A stretch of DNA of 64,000 nucleotides, from assembly GCA_964410915.1 (NCBI GenBank), contig CAYPIU010000001.1, positions 150,569 through 214,568 on the forward strand. The letters are read 5' to 3'. Below the pieces are notes generated by a model. That model ran no database searches. It saw nothing but the letters and a program-made list of their open reading frames with translations, and was not told where the DNA came from. Shown piece by piece: positions 1 to 9,672 of this stretch; within the stretch, counting starts at the first letter, position 1; each line of letters begins with the position of its first letter. This stretch comes from an uncultured Synergistales bacterium. Lineage in GTDB: Bacteria > Synergistota > Synergistia > Synergistales > JAFGMB01. A program made the position numbers and the translations under genes.

Positions 1-17
1 TATCCTGGCCGCAGAAG

Positions 18-452
18 GTGAATCTGATGAGATCGTCAAACAGGAATATTAAAAGAAAACATCATGACTCCATATATAGATCAGTTTGCGCGATGCTTGT
101 TTTTTCTGCTATTATAGCCGGGATTTTCATCTTTGGACTTGGGATCCTGAGGTTTTGCTCTTATAACCTTGAATGTGAAATAGCGGAGGTTAATCAGCAG
201 ATCTATGAGCTTGAAATCAAACAGCTTGAATTGACAAGAAGTCTTTCCATGTTAAGGTCTCCGGAACGAATTTTCTGTATAGCCAGAAATTCTCTGGGGA
301 TGGAGGGGGCCTCCAGAATTATGACTGTAAAGGTGGCATCGAGAAATGGTGCTGGAGACGTTACAGAAGGGGCTCTTGCTGCTAATTCTGATAGTTATTC
401 GGACAGAAACGGGCTCCATCTATTTGTTAAAAAAGCAAATGCCGGTAATTAG
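18..452 (+). CDS. ftsL: cell division protein FtsL (septum-formation initiator family)
   Basis: 144-aa ORF starting at GTG 18 (ATG 27 is an alternative). It has a basic N-tail, one TM helix (VCAMLVFSAIIAGIFIFGLGIL), a coiled-coil segment and the motif LRSPERI..IA...LGM. It lies directly upstream of ftsI at the head of the dcw cluster. Confidence 0.8.
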   Translation: MNLMRSSNRNIKRKHHDSIYRSVCAMLVFSAIIAGIFIFGLGILRFCSYNLECEIAEVNQQIYELEIKQLELTRSLSMLRSPERIFCIARNSLGMEGASRIMTVKVASRNGAGDVTEGALAANSDSYSDRNGLHLFVKKANAGN

Positions 453-487
453 CAGTATATAATTCTCAAGAAAGGGGCAATAAGGTA

Positions 488-2140
488 GTGTTAAGAAGAC
501 TGGTCCGAAGCCCCTGGCCCTTTGTTTTTATTGTATTTATTATCTTTTTTTTTCGTTTAGTCTCACTTCATTGCTGGCCTGATCCAAGAGTTCTATCCAG
601 GGGCCAAAGTCAGTATTGGAAGCATATATCCCTTTCTACTGATCGAGGTCCTATAATTGACAGTCAGGGGAGGGTCCTTGCAATTTCAGTTCCTTCTTTT
701 AGTTTTTTTGTGGATCCAGAGTTCTGGGATCCCTCTGATGCTGCAAGACTGACCGGATATTTCCCTACCCAGACAATTAAGAGGATTTCAGGTGAACTTA
801 AGGGCCGTTATGTTCCAGTTGCCCGAAAAATAAAATATGAGCGTGGAAGCGAAATAATGGATATTGGTCTTCCGGGGTTGTATGCTGTCCCGGAGAAAAA
901 GCGTATGTATGTAAACGGATCGTTGATGAGTCATGTATTAGGTTATTGTGATATAGATGATAATGGACTTTCAGGAACTGAGCTTATCTGGGAAAAGGTC
1001 CTTTTTTCACCTCCTGAAACCAAGATCCTTGTCAAAGATGCTTCTGGACTGAACTTTAATATTTCTGACATATCTTTGATAAACCATCTGGAAGATCCCG
1101 GGATGGTCAGACTTACTTTAGATTCTACGCTCCAGTACATAGTTGAAAAACATCTTGAAGATGGAGTAGAACTCCACAAGGCCAGATGGGGAGCAGCTGT
1201 CTGTATGGACCCTAATAATGGTTCAATTCTTGCTATGGCGAGTGTTCCTGATTTTGATCCTAATGATAGAAAAACTTTTCTTAAACCCGGAGTTATGAGA
1301 AATAACTGCATCGGTAGAGTTTATGAGCCAGGCTCAACTTTTAAGCCCATTACCGTCGGGATAGCTATTGAAGAAGGGCTTGTTAACAAAAGTGATACAT
1401 TTAAATGTACAAGACGGATAAAGGTTGCTGACAAGTATATCTCTGATCCCAAAGCTTATGGGATCCTGAGCTTAAAAGATGTTATTGTAAAATCCTCCAA
1501 TGTCGGGATGTCCAGGATCGGTATGAAGATAGATCCTTACAATACATACAATACTTTCCTGAATTGGGGATTTGGAAACCCGGCCGGTCTGGAACTCAAT
1601 GGAAGTGAAGTTGGATTGATACCTTCTCCTGATAAATGGAAAGGCGTTGTGCCTGCGAATATAGCTATAGGGCAGGGATTAGCTGTTTCTCCCTTAAAAC
1701 TCACTACAGCATTTTGTGCAATTGCCAACGGCGGATGTCTATTGAGGCCATATCTGGTTGAGGAAGCCACTACAAGTGATAATAAAGTGATTTATAAAGG
1801 AAAAAGAAACCCAAGATACCAGGTCTTGTCAAAAGACACATCCGAATGGCTTAAACATGTGTTACGAGATGTTGTGGTGGAAGGTACCGGACGCAAGGTT
1901 AATACTCCTTTAGTACCAATAGCAGGCAAAACTGGTACAGCCCAGGTAGCAGAAAAGGGTGAATATCAGGAGGACAGATGGGTTTCCTCTTTTGCCGGTT
2001 TCTGGCCTTCTGATAAACCAGAGTATGTAATGGTAGTAGTAATAGGAGAACCCACAATGGGTATTTATTATGGTGGTAGTGTTGCCGGACCTGTTTTCAG
2101 GAAAATTGTAGAAGATATGCTCTATCTTGAGAATATCTGA
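488..2140 (+). CDS. ftsI: peptidoglycan D,D-transpeptidase FtsI / class B penicillin-binding protein
   Basis: 550 aa with an N-terminal TM anchor. Transpeptidase motifs are present: SxxK (GSTFKP), SxN (KSSNVG) and KTG (AGKTGTA). Position in the dcw cluster fits. Confidence 0.93.
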   Translation: MLRRLVRSPWPFVFIVFIIFFFRLVSLHCWPDPRVLSRGQSQYWKHISLSTDRGPIIDSQGRVLAISVPSFSFFVDPEFWDPSDAARLTGYFPTQTIKRISGELKGRYVPVARKIKYERGSEIMDIGLPGLYAVPEKKRMYVNGSLMSHVLGYCDIDDNGLSGTELIWEKVLFSPPETKILVKDASGLNFNISDISLINHLEDPGMVRLTLDSTLQYIVEKHLEDGVELHKARWGAAVCMDPNNGSILAMASVPDFDPNDRKTFLKPGVMRNNCIGRVYEPGSTFKPITVGIAIEEGLVNKSDTFKCTRRIKVADKYISDPKAYGILSLKDVIVKSSNVGMSRIGMKIDPYNTYNTFLNWGFGNPAGLELNGSEVGLIPSPDKWKGVVPANIAIGQGLAVSPLKLTTAFCAIANGGCLLRPYLVEEATTSDNKVIYKGKRNPRYQVLSKDTSEWLKHVLRDVVVEGTGRKVNTPLVPIAGKTGTAQVAEKGEYQEDRWVSSFAGFWPSDKPEYVMVVVIGEPTMGIYYGGSVAGPVFRKIVEDMLYLENI

Positions 2141-2162
2141 TATTGGAATGTGGGGAATTGGC

Positions 2163-3674
2163 ATGCCGAATCTGACAGAGATAGCTGAATTTATTCAAGT
2201 GCTTGTACCTGAGTGCAGGACTATAAATCTTAACAAAGATCTCTCGAGAAAGATCATTATTCAGAAAGTCTTTTCTGATAGTAGAAAAGTGGAGAATGAC
2301 TCGTTATTCTGCTGTATTTCAGGCGGAAACTTCAATGGTCATGAATTTATCAAAGACGCAGAGCTTAAAGGTGCATCATGCGTATTAAGTGAATATGTTT
2401 TAGACTCTGATCTTCCACAGATCATAGTACCTTCCGTCAGAAGTATTACAGGTTATATCGCATCTTATATCTATGGGAACCCTTCTGACTATCTGACAAT
2501 GATAGCAGTTACAGGAACTAACGGTAAAAGTACAACAACTTATATGTTGAGAAATCTTTTGGAAAATGCCGGGCTTAAAACAGGGCTTATGGGTACAATA
2601 ACCTACCATGACGGAATTCAGGAGATGCATGCCGGCAGAACCACACCAGAAGCTACAGATATCCAGCAATGGTTATTCAGAATGAGAGAAAATGGTTGTA
2701 CGGCTTGTGTAATGGAGACATCTTCTCATGGACTTAAGTTAGGAAGATTAAATGGTTGTCGTTTCGATATTGGTATCTTTACCAATTTAACTGCAGAACA
2801 TCTTGATTTTCATGGAAATATCAACAATTACTTTGAAGCAAAGAAATTATTATTCAAAAATTACATGAAGGAAAAATGGAATGCGATATTTAATATAGAT
2901 GATGATTATGGTAACCGTTTATATCGTTCTTATATTGATCATGCAACTACTTTCTCAATCAACAATAATTCAGCCGATGTGCATCCAGAATCAATTTCAT
3001 TAAATTCAGAAGGATTTACGGTGGATCTTCAACTTCCTGGATATAAATATATTAAAGCTCTCAAATCTTCTTTTACTGGTAGATACAATGTGTATAATGC
3101 ACTGGCAGCTGTCTCAGCAGCGTATTTAATGGGTCTTTCCTGCGAAGTTATACGATCAGGCCTTATGAATATGCCAAAAGTTCCCGGAAGATCGGAAAAA
3201 TACCTTTTTGACAATGGCGTCTGCTGTGTCATAGATTATGCACATACTCCCGATGCTTTGGAAAATATCCTCAGGACCCTTTCAGAGATTAAACAGGGAA
3301 GACTTAAGATCGTCTTTGGTCTCGGCGGTAATCGATACTCTGAAAATCGTCCAATAATGGGTAATATAGCCTCCCGTTATGCTGATGACATTTATATAAC
3401 AATGGATAATCCTAGAGATGAAGAACCATCAACTATAGCTGAACAGATATACCAGGGAGTAAAACAGCAAAAGAGACAGTTGAACTGTACTACAATACTT
3501 GACAGAAAAAGTGCAGTTTTCCAGGCATTGGATGATTCCGTTTCTGGAGATATAATCCTTGTTTCAGGAAAGGGACCTGAGACTTCAATTATTTGGGCAG
3601 GTGAAAGAATCCCATACAATGATCTTGAAACGATCCTTTTATGGGCAAGAATGAAGGGAATGGGATGGCGTTAA
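2163..3674 (+). CDS. murE: UDP-N-acetylmuramoyl-L-alanyl-D-glutamate--2,6-diaminopimelate ligase
   Basis: Mur ligase P-loop GTNGKSTT. The DNPR motif (ITMDNPRDEEP) is typical of meso-DAP-adding MurE. The ORF is open from TTG 2127. ATG 2163 (MPNLTEI..) is preferred because GGGGA lies 6 nt upstream and it falls after the ftsI stop at 2140. Confidence 0.92.
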   Translation: MPNLTEIAEFIQVLVPECRTINLNKDLSRKIIIQKVFSDSRKVENDSLFCCISGGNFNGHEFIKDAELKGASCVLSEYVLDSDLPQIIVPSVRSITGYIASYIYGNPSDYLTMIAVTGTNGKSTTTYMLRNLLENAGLKTGLMGTITYHDGIQEMHAGRTTPEATDIQQWLFRMRENGCTACVMETSSHGLKLGRLNGCRFDIGIFTNLTAEHLDFHGNINNYFEAKKLLFKNYMKEKWNAIFNIDDDYGNRLYRSYIDHATTFSINNNSADVHPESISLNSEGFTVDLQLPGYKYIKALKSSFTGRYNVYNALAAVSAAYLMGLSCEVIRSGLMNMPKVPGRSEKYLFDNGVCCVIDYAHTPDALENILRTLSEIKQGRLKIVFGLGGNRYSENRPIMGNIASRYADDIYITMDNPRDEEPSTIAEQIYQGVKQQKRQLNCTTILDRKSAVFQALDDSVSGDIILVSGKGPETSIIWAGERIPYNDLETILLWARMKGMGWR

Positions 3675-5093
3675 ATGATCAGTTCAGATGTTTTTTTAAG
3701 TGAACTCCTTTCTTCTGATTCAGAGCATTTTTACGGTAAAGATGTCAGACTTCCACTGTCAATATCTATAGATAGCAGAGATGTTAAAAGGGGAGATGTT
3801 TTCTTTGCACTTCCTGGTGAAAAAACAGATGGGCATTTGTACATTGGGAAAGCACTGGAAAGAGGAGCAAGGGTTATTGTGGCAGAATCAGCTAAATATA
3901 AAATGTACAATTTTCCGTTACCATCTCCCGGATCTCTCTTTTCAGTTATCCTACTCGAAGGGGATATTTACGAATTTATGGAAAGGATCGCCAGGGTCTA
4001 TCTTGATTCCGTATCTCCTCGAGAAGTAATTGCTATTACTGGAAGTGTAGGAAAAACGACAACCCGGGAATTTTTAAAAAAAATACTTGGGCAGGAATTT
4101 AATGTTTTTGGAGCAGAGAAAAGTTATAATACCCTGGTTGGGTGCGCAGTTACTGTTCTTCAAATGCCCCTGGATACAGAAATTCTTGTACTTGAAATGG
4201 GTACCAACAGTCCTGGAGAAATAGCTGCTCTGGTTGGAAACTATTCTCCTACTGTTTCAATTATCACTGATGTGTCCAATGCACATCTTGAAGGTCTTTC
4301 AGACTTTCAGGGAGTTTTAAATGCTAAGATGGAAATTACTGGTTCTCCTGTTTTGAAGCAGGTATTTTATAATGCTGACAATGCTGATCTGTCCACTGAA
4401 ATTTCTTTGCTCGAACGTTCTATAATTAAGACAGGGATAGGTTCTAAGCAGGGAAAATATCGCATAGAAAATATAAAATGTTATATTAAGAATAATAAAT
4501 CGTTTTTATCGTTTATTCTTCAATCGCCTTCCGGAGAAATTCCCTTAAATGCAGGTCTATTTGGAAAACACCAGGCTTACTGTCTTGGTGTAGCGCTTGC
4601 TGTTGCAAGTGAAATGAAAATTACGATTTCAGCTGAAATGATAACTTCTCTTGATCTATCTCCTGCAAAGGGAAGAGGTCTTTGCACCTATCTTTCCAGT
4701 GGTGTGCTTTTGATCGATGATTCATATAATGCTAATCCTGCTTCAATGGAAGCCGCATTGAAGACTATCAAGCGCTATAGCTGGGGGACAAAAAAAATTG
4801 CAGTTCTTGGGGAAATGAAAGAACTCGGGGTAGAAAGCAGCAAATTCCACAGTAAAATAATTGGCGATGCCGAATTTCTTGACCACTTAATTCTTGTAGG
4901 ATGTGAGTGGAATTCTGCGTTACAATCCATATCTTTAGAAATAAGAAACAAAATTACCTGGGTCGAGAACATTTCAAAGGTGTTCCCTTTGCTAAAGTCT
5001 CTTTTGTCAGAAGGGACACTTCTCCTGGTCAAAGGATCCCATAGTAACAGACTGGAAAAGATCGTTGAAAAGATGGTATCTGATTATGAATAA
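3675..5093 (+). CDS. murF: UDP-N-acetylmuramoyl-tripeptide--D-alanyl-D-alanine ligase
   Basis: 472 aa with P-loop GSVGKTTT and MurF-like N- and C-terminal domains. Its ATG directly abuts the murE TAA. Confidence 0.92.
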   Translation: MISSDVFLSELLSSDSEHFYGKDVRLPLSISIDSRDVKRGDVFFALPGEKTDGHLYIGKALERGARVIVAESAKYKMYNFPLPSPGSLFSVILLEGDIYEFMERIARVYLDSVSPREVIAITGSVGKTTTREFLKKILGQEFNVFGAEKSYNTLVGCAVTVLQMPLDTEILVLEMGTNSPGEIAALVGNYSPTVSIITDVSNAHLEGLSDFQGVLNAKMEITGSPVLKQVFYNADNADLSTEISLLERSIIKTGIGSKQGKYRIENIKCYIKNNKSFLSFILQSPSGEIPLNAGLFGKHQAYCLGVALAVASEMKITISAEMITSLDLSPAKGRGLCTYLSSGVLLIDDSYNANPASMEAALKTIKRYSWGTKKIAVLGEMKELGVESSKFHSKIIGDAEFLDHLILVGCEWNSALQSISLEIRNKITWVENISKVFPLLKSLLSEGTLLLVKGSHSNRLEKIVEKMVSDYE

Positions 5094-6048
5094 CTGTTAT
5101 GTTTTTTCCGGGATCATCATATTCTTTCTTGCGGTCATTTCCCAGCACTACTGGATAGAATATCTAAAAAGTATGAATTTTAAACAGGTTCAGAAAGTTT
5201 ATGGACCTGCACAGTATATACAAAATGACAAGGGGTCAACTCCATCTATGGGTGGAGTAATATTCTGTTTTATAGCTTTTGTTTCCATACCGTTCAATAT
5301 GATGTCAGGGATTTCATTTTTACGTCAGGTTGAAATATGGTCTCTGCCACTTATGTGTGCTTTTATCGGGTTTTTAGATGACTGGATAAAATATTTGAGA
5401 GAATCAAGTGAAGGGTTCAGTTCAATAATTAAACTTTTTTTCCAGATCTTTGTTGCCCTTGTATGGTCGGTATGGATCTATACACAGTATGGAATATACC
5501 TTTTTCCGGATATACAAATTCAAAATCCTTTCGCTGCTATTTCCTTATTGGTTTTTTTTACAACGGGTATTATGAATGCTGTAAATGTAACGGATGGTCT
5601 GGATGGCCTCGCCGCAGGGTCTTCCGTAATTTCCCTTATCACTGTCCTGATCTTTTTGCCCCTCAGGCCTTTGCCCATGTCGATGAATATAACCGGGCTT
5701 GCTATCCTGACGGCTTTTATGTGGCATAATGCTCATCCGGCAAAAATATTCATGGGAGATATCGGATCTCATTTTATTGCGGGACTTATTATTACGTTAT
5801 GTGTTTATTCAAAAACGCTTATTGCCATCATTCCATTAGGTTTTATTTTTGGTCTTGAGATCCTTTCAGTATGTTTTCAACTTACAGGTATCTATTTTCT
5901 TAAACATAAGTTCTTTCTTATGAGTCCTTTTCACCATCACTTTGAATTAAAGGGCTGGAGCGAAAGCCAGATAGTAACAAGATTCTGGGTAATTCACTCA
6001 ATAGGGCTTATTTCTATTGCGTACTTTATAAACCTCATATTTCAATAA
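5065..6048 (+). CDS. mraY: phospho-N-acetylmuramoyl-pentapeptide transferase
   Basis: Polytopic membrane protein with MraY motifs TPSMGGV, NAVNVTDGLDGLA and MGDIGS. Start is TTG 5065, or ATG 5086 overlapping the murF stop. Confidence 0.93.
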   Translation: MKRWYLIMNNCYVFSGIIIFFLAVISQHYWIEYLKSMNFKQVQKVYGPAQYIQNDKGSTPSMGGVIFCFIAFVSIPFNMMSGISFLRQVEIWSLPLMCAFIGFLDDWIKYLRESSEGFSSIIKLFFQIFVALVWSVWIYTQYGIYLFPDIQIQNPFAAISLLVFFTTGIMNAVNVTDGLDGLAAGSSVISLITVLIFLPLRPLPMSMNITGLAILTAFMWHNAHPAKIFMGDIGSHFIAGLIITLCVYSKTLIAIIPLGFIFGLEILSVCFQLTGIYFLKHKFFLMSPFHHHFELKGWSESQIVTRFWVIHSIGLISIAYFINLIFQ

Positions 6049-6066
6049 ATACTGGAGATTGTCTAA

Positions 6067-7470
6067 ATGAAGAAAAATGATTTAATGGGTAAACAGATCA
6101 CAGTTGTTGGAGGTGGTATAAGCGGAGTTGCTCTTGCTTGTCTTGCGAAAGATCTTGGAGCCAGGGTTTTTCTTTCCGAAATGAAAGATAGTTTAAGAGT
6201 TGATATTACAGAAAAGCTCAAATATCAGGGACTTGAATGGGAAACTGGAGGGCATTCGAGCAGGGCATGGGATGCTGACCTTATCCTTTTAAGTTCAGGT
6301 ATTTCACCTGATTCTGAGGCGGTTAATAATGCTATTTCAAGAAATATCCAGATACAGGGGGAACTTGATTTTGTTTACCCCTATCTTAATGGTCGATTGA
6401 TAGGAATAACGGGAAGCAACGGAAAAACTACAACGACTTCACTTACGTCCTACCTTTTGAAAAAAGCAGGATTTAAAGTTGCTGAGGCAGGCAATATCGG
6501 AATGCCTCTTTCCAATATTGTAAAAGAGGACTGGGAATACACTGTCATGGAACTAAGCAGTTTTCAACTGTACTGGTCATCATGTTTTTCGGTAGATTCT
6601 GCAATAATTACCAATCTGGCACCGGATCACATTGACTGGCACGGATCCTACAAAAACTATATTGAGTCAAAATCCCGACTTATAAACAACGTAAAGGAAA
6701 ATGGATGGGTGATAGTTCAGAAAAGAGACTTTCCCAATATCAACTTTACAGGAAAAGGGAAACTTGCCCTGATGTCATGGGATGATCCATCTGATAATAG
6801 TGAATATCATCCTGATGCAGAAATATTCATTGATAAGAAGAATATCTGGTTAAGAGACATGGATGGGATAAAGGGACTTGTTGAAGATGCAATAAGTATT
6901 CCACTAATTGGAGATCATAACCGTGAAAACATTGCAATGGCGTTATCCTGTCTTGACCTGTTGAGAGTATCAATACAGGATCTCATGTTTCAAGATGATA
7001 TCTTTAAGGGTTTTGTTCCACCTCCACACAGATGTCAACTTGTGAGAGTTCTGAATGGAGTAAGATACATAGATGATTCAAAAGGGACGAATGTCGCTGC
7101 TACAATAGCTGCATTATCATCAATTGAAGGGAACAAGATAATTATCCTTGGCGGTAAGGGTAAGGGTGAGGATTATTCGCCACTTGCCAGACAAGTAGGA
7201 GATTCTGCGGTTGCTGCTGTCATTATAGGAGAAGAAAGGCAACTTATAGCGAATGCCCTTTCTAAAGAGGGTTTTTCAGATTATTACATCACAGACACGA
7301 TGGAAAATGCAGTAAATATAGCAAGTTCTCTGGCAAAGGAAGGGACAAATATTCTATTATCACCTGCTTGTACCAGCTGGGATATCTATGAGAACTACAA
7401 GAAAAGGGGAGAGCATTTTCAAAGCATTGTAAAGAATCTTTCAAAGGAGAAGAACGATTCTGAAAAATAG
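6067..7470 (+). CDS. murD: UDP-N-acetylmuramoylalanine--D-glutamate ligase
   Basis: 467 aa with an N-terminal Rossmann motif VVGGGISG and the Mur ligase P-loop GSNGKTTT. Position in the dcw cluster fits. Confidence 0.92.
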   Translation: MKKNDLMGKQITVVGGGISGVALACLAKDLGARVFLSEMKDSLRVDITEKLKYQGLEWETGGHSSRAWDADLILLSSGISPDSEAVNNAISRNIQIQGELDFVYPYLNGRLIGITGSNGKTTTTSLTSYLLKKAGFKVAEAGNIGMPLSNIVKEDWEYTVMELSSFQLYWSSCFSVDSAIITNLAPDHIDWHGSYKNYIESKSRLINNVKENGWVIVQKRDFPNINFTGKGKLALMSWDDPSDNSEYHPDAEIFIDKKNIWLRDMDGIKGLVEDAISIPLIGDHNRENIAMALSCLDLLRVSIQDLMFQDDIFKGFVPPPHRCQLVRVLNGVRYIDDSKGTNVAATIAALSSIEGNKIIILGGKGKGEDYSPLARQVGDSAVAAVIIGEERQLIANALSKEGFSDYYITDTMENAVNIASSLAKEGTNILLSPACTSWDIYENYKKRGEHFQSIVKNLSKEKNDSEK

Positions 7471-8587
7471 ATTTGAGCCAGCTGAACTTAAAGAGTACTC
7501 GAAAAGAAATTCTGTTATCTGGATAATTCCTTTAGTCCTTAGCTTATCGGGTGTATTGATGATATTGTCCATAACTGGTCGGACTCAATTATCTGGTAAT
7601 GAATATACTTTTACTTTTGTTTATCGACAGATAATCTGGCTTGCGCTTGGATTCACACTAATGTCTTTTGTCTCAAAGATCCCTTTAGATTTTCTCAAAA
7701 GATTTTCCGGAGTCATTTGGATATTTGCAGTAATCATTACTTTAAGTACAATTACAGGATACTTTGGAGTTGAAGGCGGAGGAGCGCGGCGTTGGATACG
7801 CTTTGGTCCTATAGGTTTCCAACCTGTTGAGTTTTTAACTATAGCTGTAGTCATTCACCTTGCAAATCTTCTCACAAGAAATGAGCTGGAAGGAAAACTC
7901 AGAGTTTTTTTCAAAACCGTTTTTGTGACGTTGATCTCTATTTCTCCTCTTTTACTTCAGCCTGACATGGGAGGAGTAATTCTTGTAATAATAATTGCCA
8001 TGGCTATATTTGTTGAGGCACGGGGTTGGTTTCTGCCAGTGTTAACCGGAGTTGTGACTCTTCCATTGAGTATTTATATGATTTTCAGTGAAGGGTACAG
8101 GATAAGAAGATATTTTGCATTTGCAGATCCCTGGAATTCGCCACTAGACGGTGGATATCAGGTGATCCAGGGACTTATTGCTTTTGCCAATGGGGGATTG
8201 ATAGGTCGAGGAGTAGGAAGAGGATTTCAGAAACTCCGATATCTGCCTGCTGCGCATACAGACTTTATATTTGCTTCAATAGGTGAAGAATTTGGTCTTA
8301 TCGGAACTCTATTTATTCTCTTTCTTTTCTTTATGCTTACAATTAGTATCTTCAAGATATATCTCGGTCTACTAACACCTTTTCATAGAATCTTTATCTG
8401 GGGGATTGCAATAAGTCTTTTATTACCATTCTTTATAAATGTTGCCGGGGTAACAAAACTCCTTCCATTAACGGGGATGCCATTACCGTTCTTGAGTTAT
8501 GGGGGGAGTTCCATGCTTTTTTCATGGGTTAAAATTGGATTGATAACAGGTATAGTAAGGGATAGGAAGAAAGAGAGTCGATCATGA
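7457..8587 (+). CDS. ftsW: SEDS-family peptidoglycan glycosyltransferase FtsW (start codon uncertain; the canonical-start ORF is 7556..8587)
   Basis: FtsW/RodA family motifs: LQPDMGG, FAFADPW, GLGxG-like GRGVGRGFQK and HTDFIFASIGEEFG. The reading frame is open from 7433. The segment upstream of TTG 7556 encodes the first half of TM1. AAGGAG (7444-7449) lies 7 nt before an in-frame ATT at 7457. See findings. Confidence 0.85.
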   Translation: MLKNRFEPAELKEYSKRNSVIWIIPLVLSLSGVLMILSITGRTQLSGNEYTFTFVYRQIIWLALGFTLMSFVSKIPLDFLKRFSGVIWIFAVIITLSTITGYFGVEGGGARRWIRFGPIGFQPVEFLTIAVVIHLANLLTRNELEGKLRVFFKTVFVTLISISPLLLQPDMGGVILVIIIAMAIFVEARGWFLPVLTGVVTLPLSIYMIFSEGYRIRRYFAFADPWNSPLDGGYQVIQGLIAFANGGLIGRGVGRGFQKLRYLPAAHTDFIFASIGEEFGLIGTLFILFLFFMLTISIFKIYLGLLTPFHRIFIWGIAISLLLPFFINVAGVTKLLPLTGMPLPFLSYGGSSMLFSWVKIGLITGIVRDRKKESRS

Positions 8588-9654
8588 AAAGAATTCTTAT
8601 AGTTTCAGGAGGGACAGGTGGACATATATTCCCTGCGCTGGCATTTGGGAAATGGATCAGGAATAACAAGAAAACAAATGAAATATATTACATGTGCGGT
8701 TCAAGAAAAGTAGAGTTAGATATTTATAATTCTGAAGGCATTGACCCCATTGTTCTTGATATAGAAGGTTCACCACTTGGTACAAGGGAGTTTCGCAGGA
8801 TATTGAATAGATCATGTGCTCTTATGAAAGAAACAGGAAAAATATTTGGTTTCTTTAAAAATATCAGGCCTGATTTCTGTCTTTTATTTGGCGGATATGT
8901 CTCTATAATCCCTCTGATTATTGCCATATTGTTTCGTATACCTGTAGCTGTCCATGAACAGAATACTGTTAGCGGTAGAGTTACCAGGTTAGCTCATAAA
9001 TTAGGGATATCTGTTTTAACAGGGTGGGAAGAATGTGAGCCATTCGATTCTACTTCTTTTTCTCACGTAGGAATACCGGTTAGGAAATTTATAAGATTGC
9101 AAGAGATGGACGCTTGGAATATACTACATATAGGGTGCAGTTTGCGAGATAGTCCTACCGTTGTGGTTATGGGAGGATCGCTTGGAAGTGAGGGTCTTGT
9201 AAGGATAATAGTCCAGACTGCTCGAAGACAGATTTTCTCGAATTGGAACTTTATTGTTCTTGGTAAAAAGAAAGATGGACTTTATAATTGTCCGATGAAC
9301 GTCTTTTTTACAGGTAAACAATGGGATATGAATCCTGTTTTTTCGGTTGCTGACGTTGCTGTTGTACGAGGAGGGGCTTCCAGCCTTGCAGAATTGTATG
9401 TATACGGGATCCCTGCACTTGTAGTGCCGTGGCTTAAATCATCTGACTCACACCAACTTAAAAATGCGGAATATTTTTTGAAAAAAGGATCAGGTGAAAT
9501 GTGGATTGAAGAGAAGGATTCTCTGGAGACCTTTGCTAAAAGGCTTAACTCAGTTTTTTTAAAGTATGGAGATACTTTAGAGCCAACAGGGAACATTGAA
9601 TTGCGTCGCAGTATTGCATGTGAGACGATATGGGAGCATATGATTGCTTTATGA
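8584..9654 (+). CDS. murG: undecaprenyldiphospho-muramoylpentapeptide beta-N-acetylglucosaminyltransferase
   Basis: 356 aa with the N-terminal motif GGTGGHIFPALA. ATGA start/stop overlap with ftsW. Confidence 0.9.
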   Translation: MKRILIVSGGTGGHIFPALAFGKWIRNNKKTNEIYYMCGSRKVELDIYNSEGIDPIVLDIEGSPLGTREFRRILNRSCALMKETGKIFGFFKNIRPDFCLLFGGYVSIIPLIIAILFRIPVAVHEQNTVSGRVTRLAHKLGISVLTGWEECEPFDSTSFSHVGIPVRKFIRLQEMDAWNILHIGCSLRDSPTVVVMGGSLGSEGLVRIIVQTARRQIFSNWNFIVLGKKKDGLYNCPMNVFFTGKQWDMNPVFSVADVAVVRGGASSLAELYVYGIPALVVPWLKSSDSHQLKNAEYFLKKGSGEMWIEEKDSLETFAKRLNSVFLKYGDTLEPTGNIELRRSIACETIWEHMIAL

Positions 9655-9672
9655 TGGAGGGAGAGTCTTCAA

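Noticed and set aside
2127-2162. The TTG 2127 start for murE, which overlaps ftsI by 14 nt, and similar over-extended ORF-track starts for moaA (19446), moaC (20432), ftsZ (14196), amrS (50461) and mltG (47784).
   Set aside because: Downstream ATG codons have properly spaced Shine-Dalgarno sequences. They also give N-termini that match the family norm, so the longer forms are probably artefacts of longest-ORF calling.
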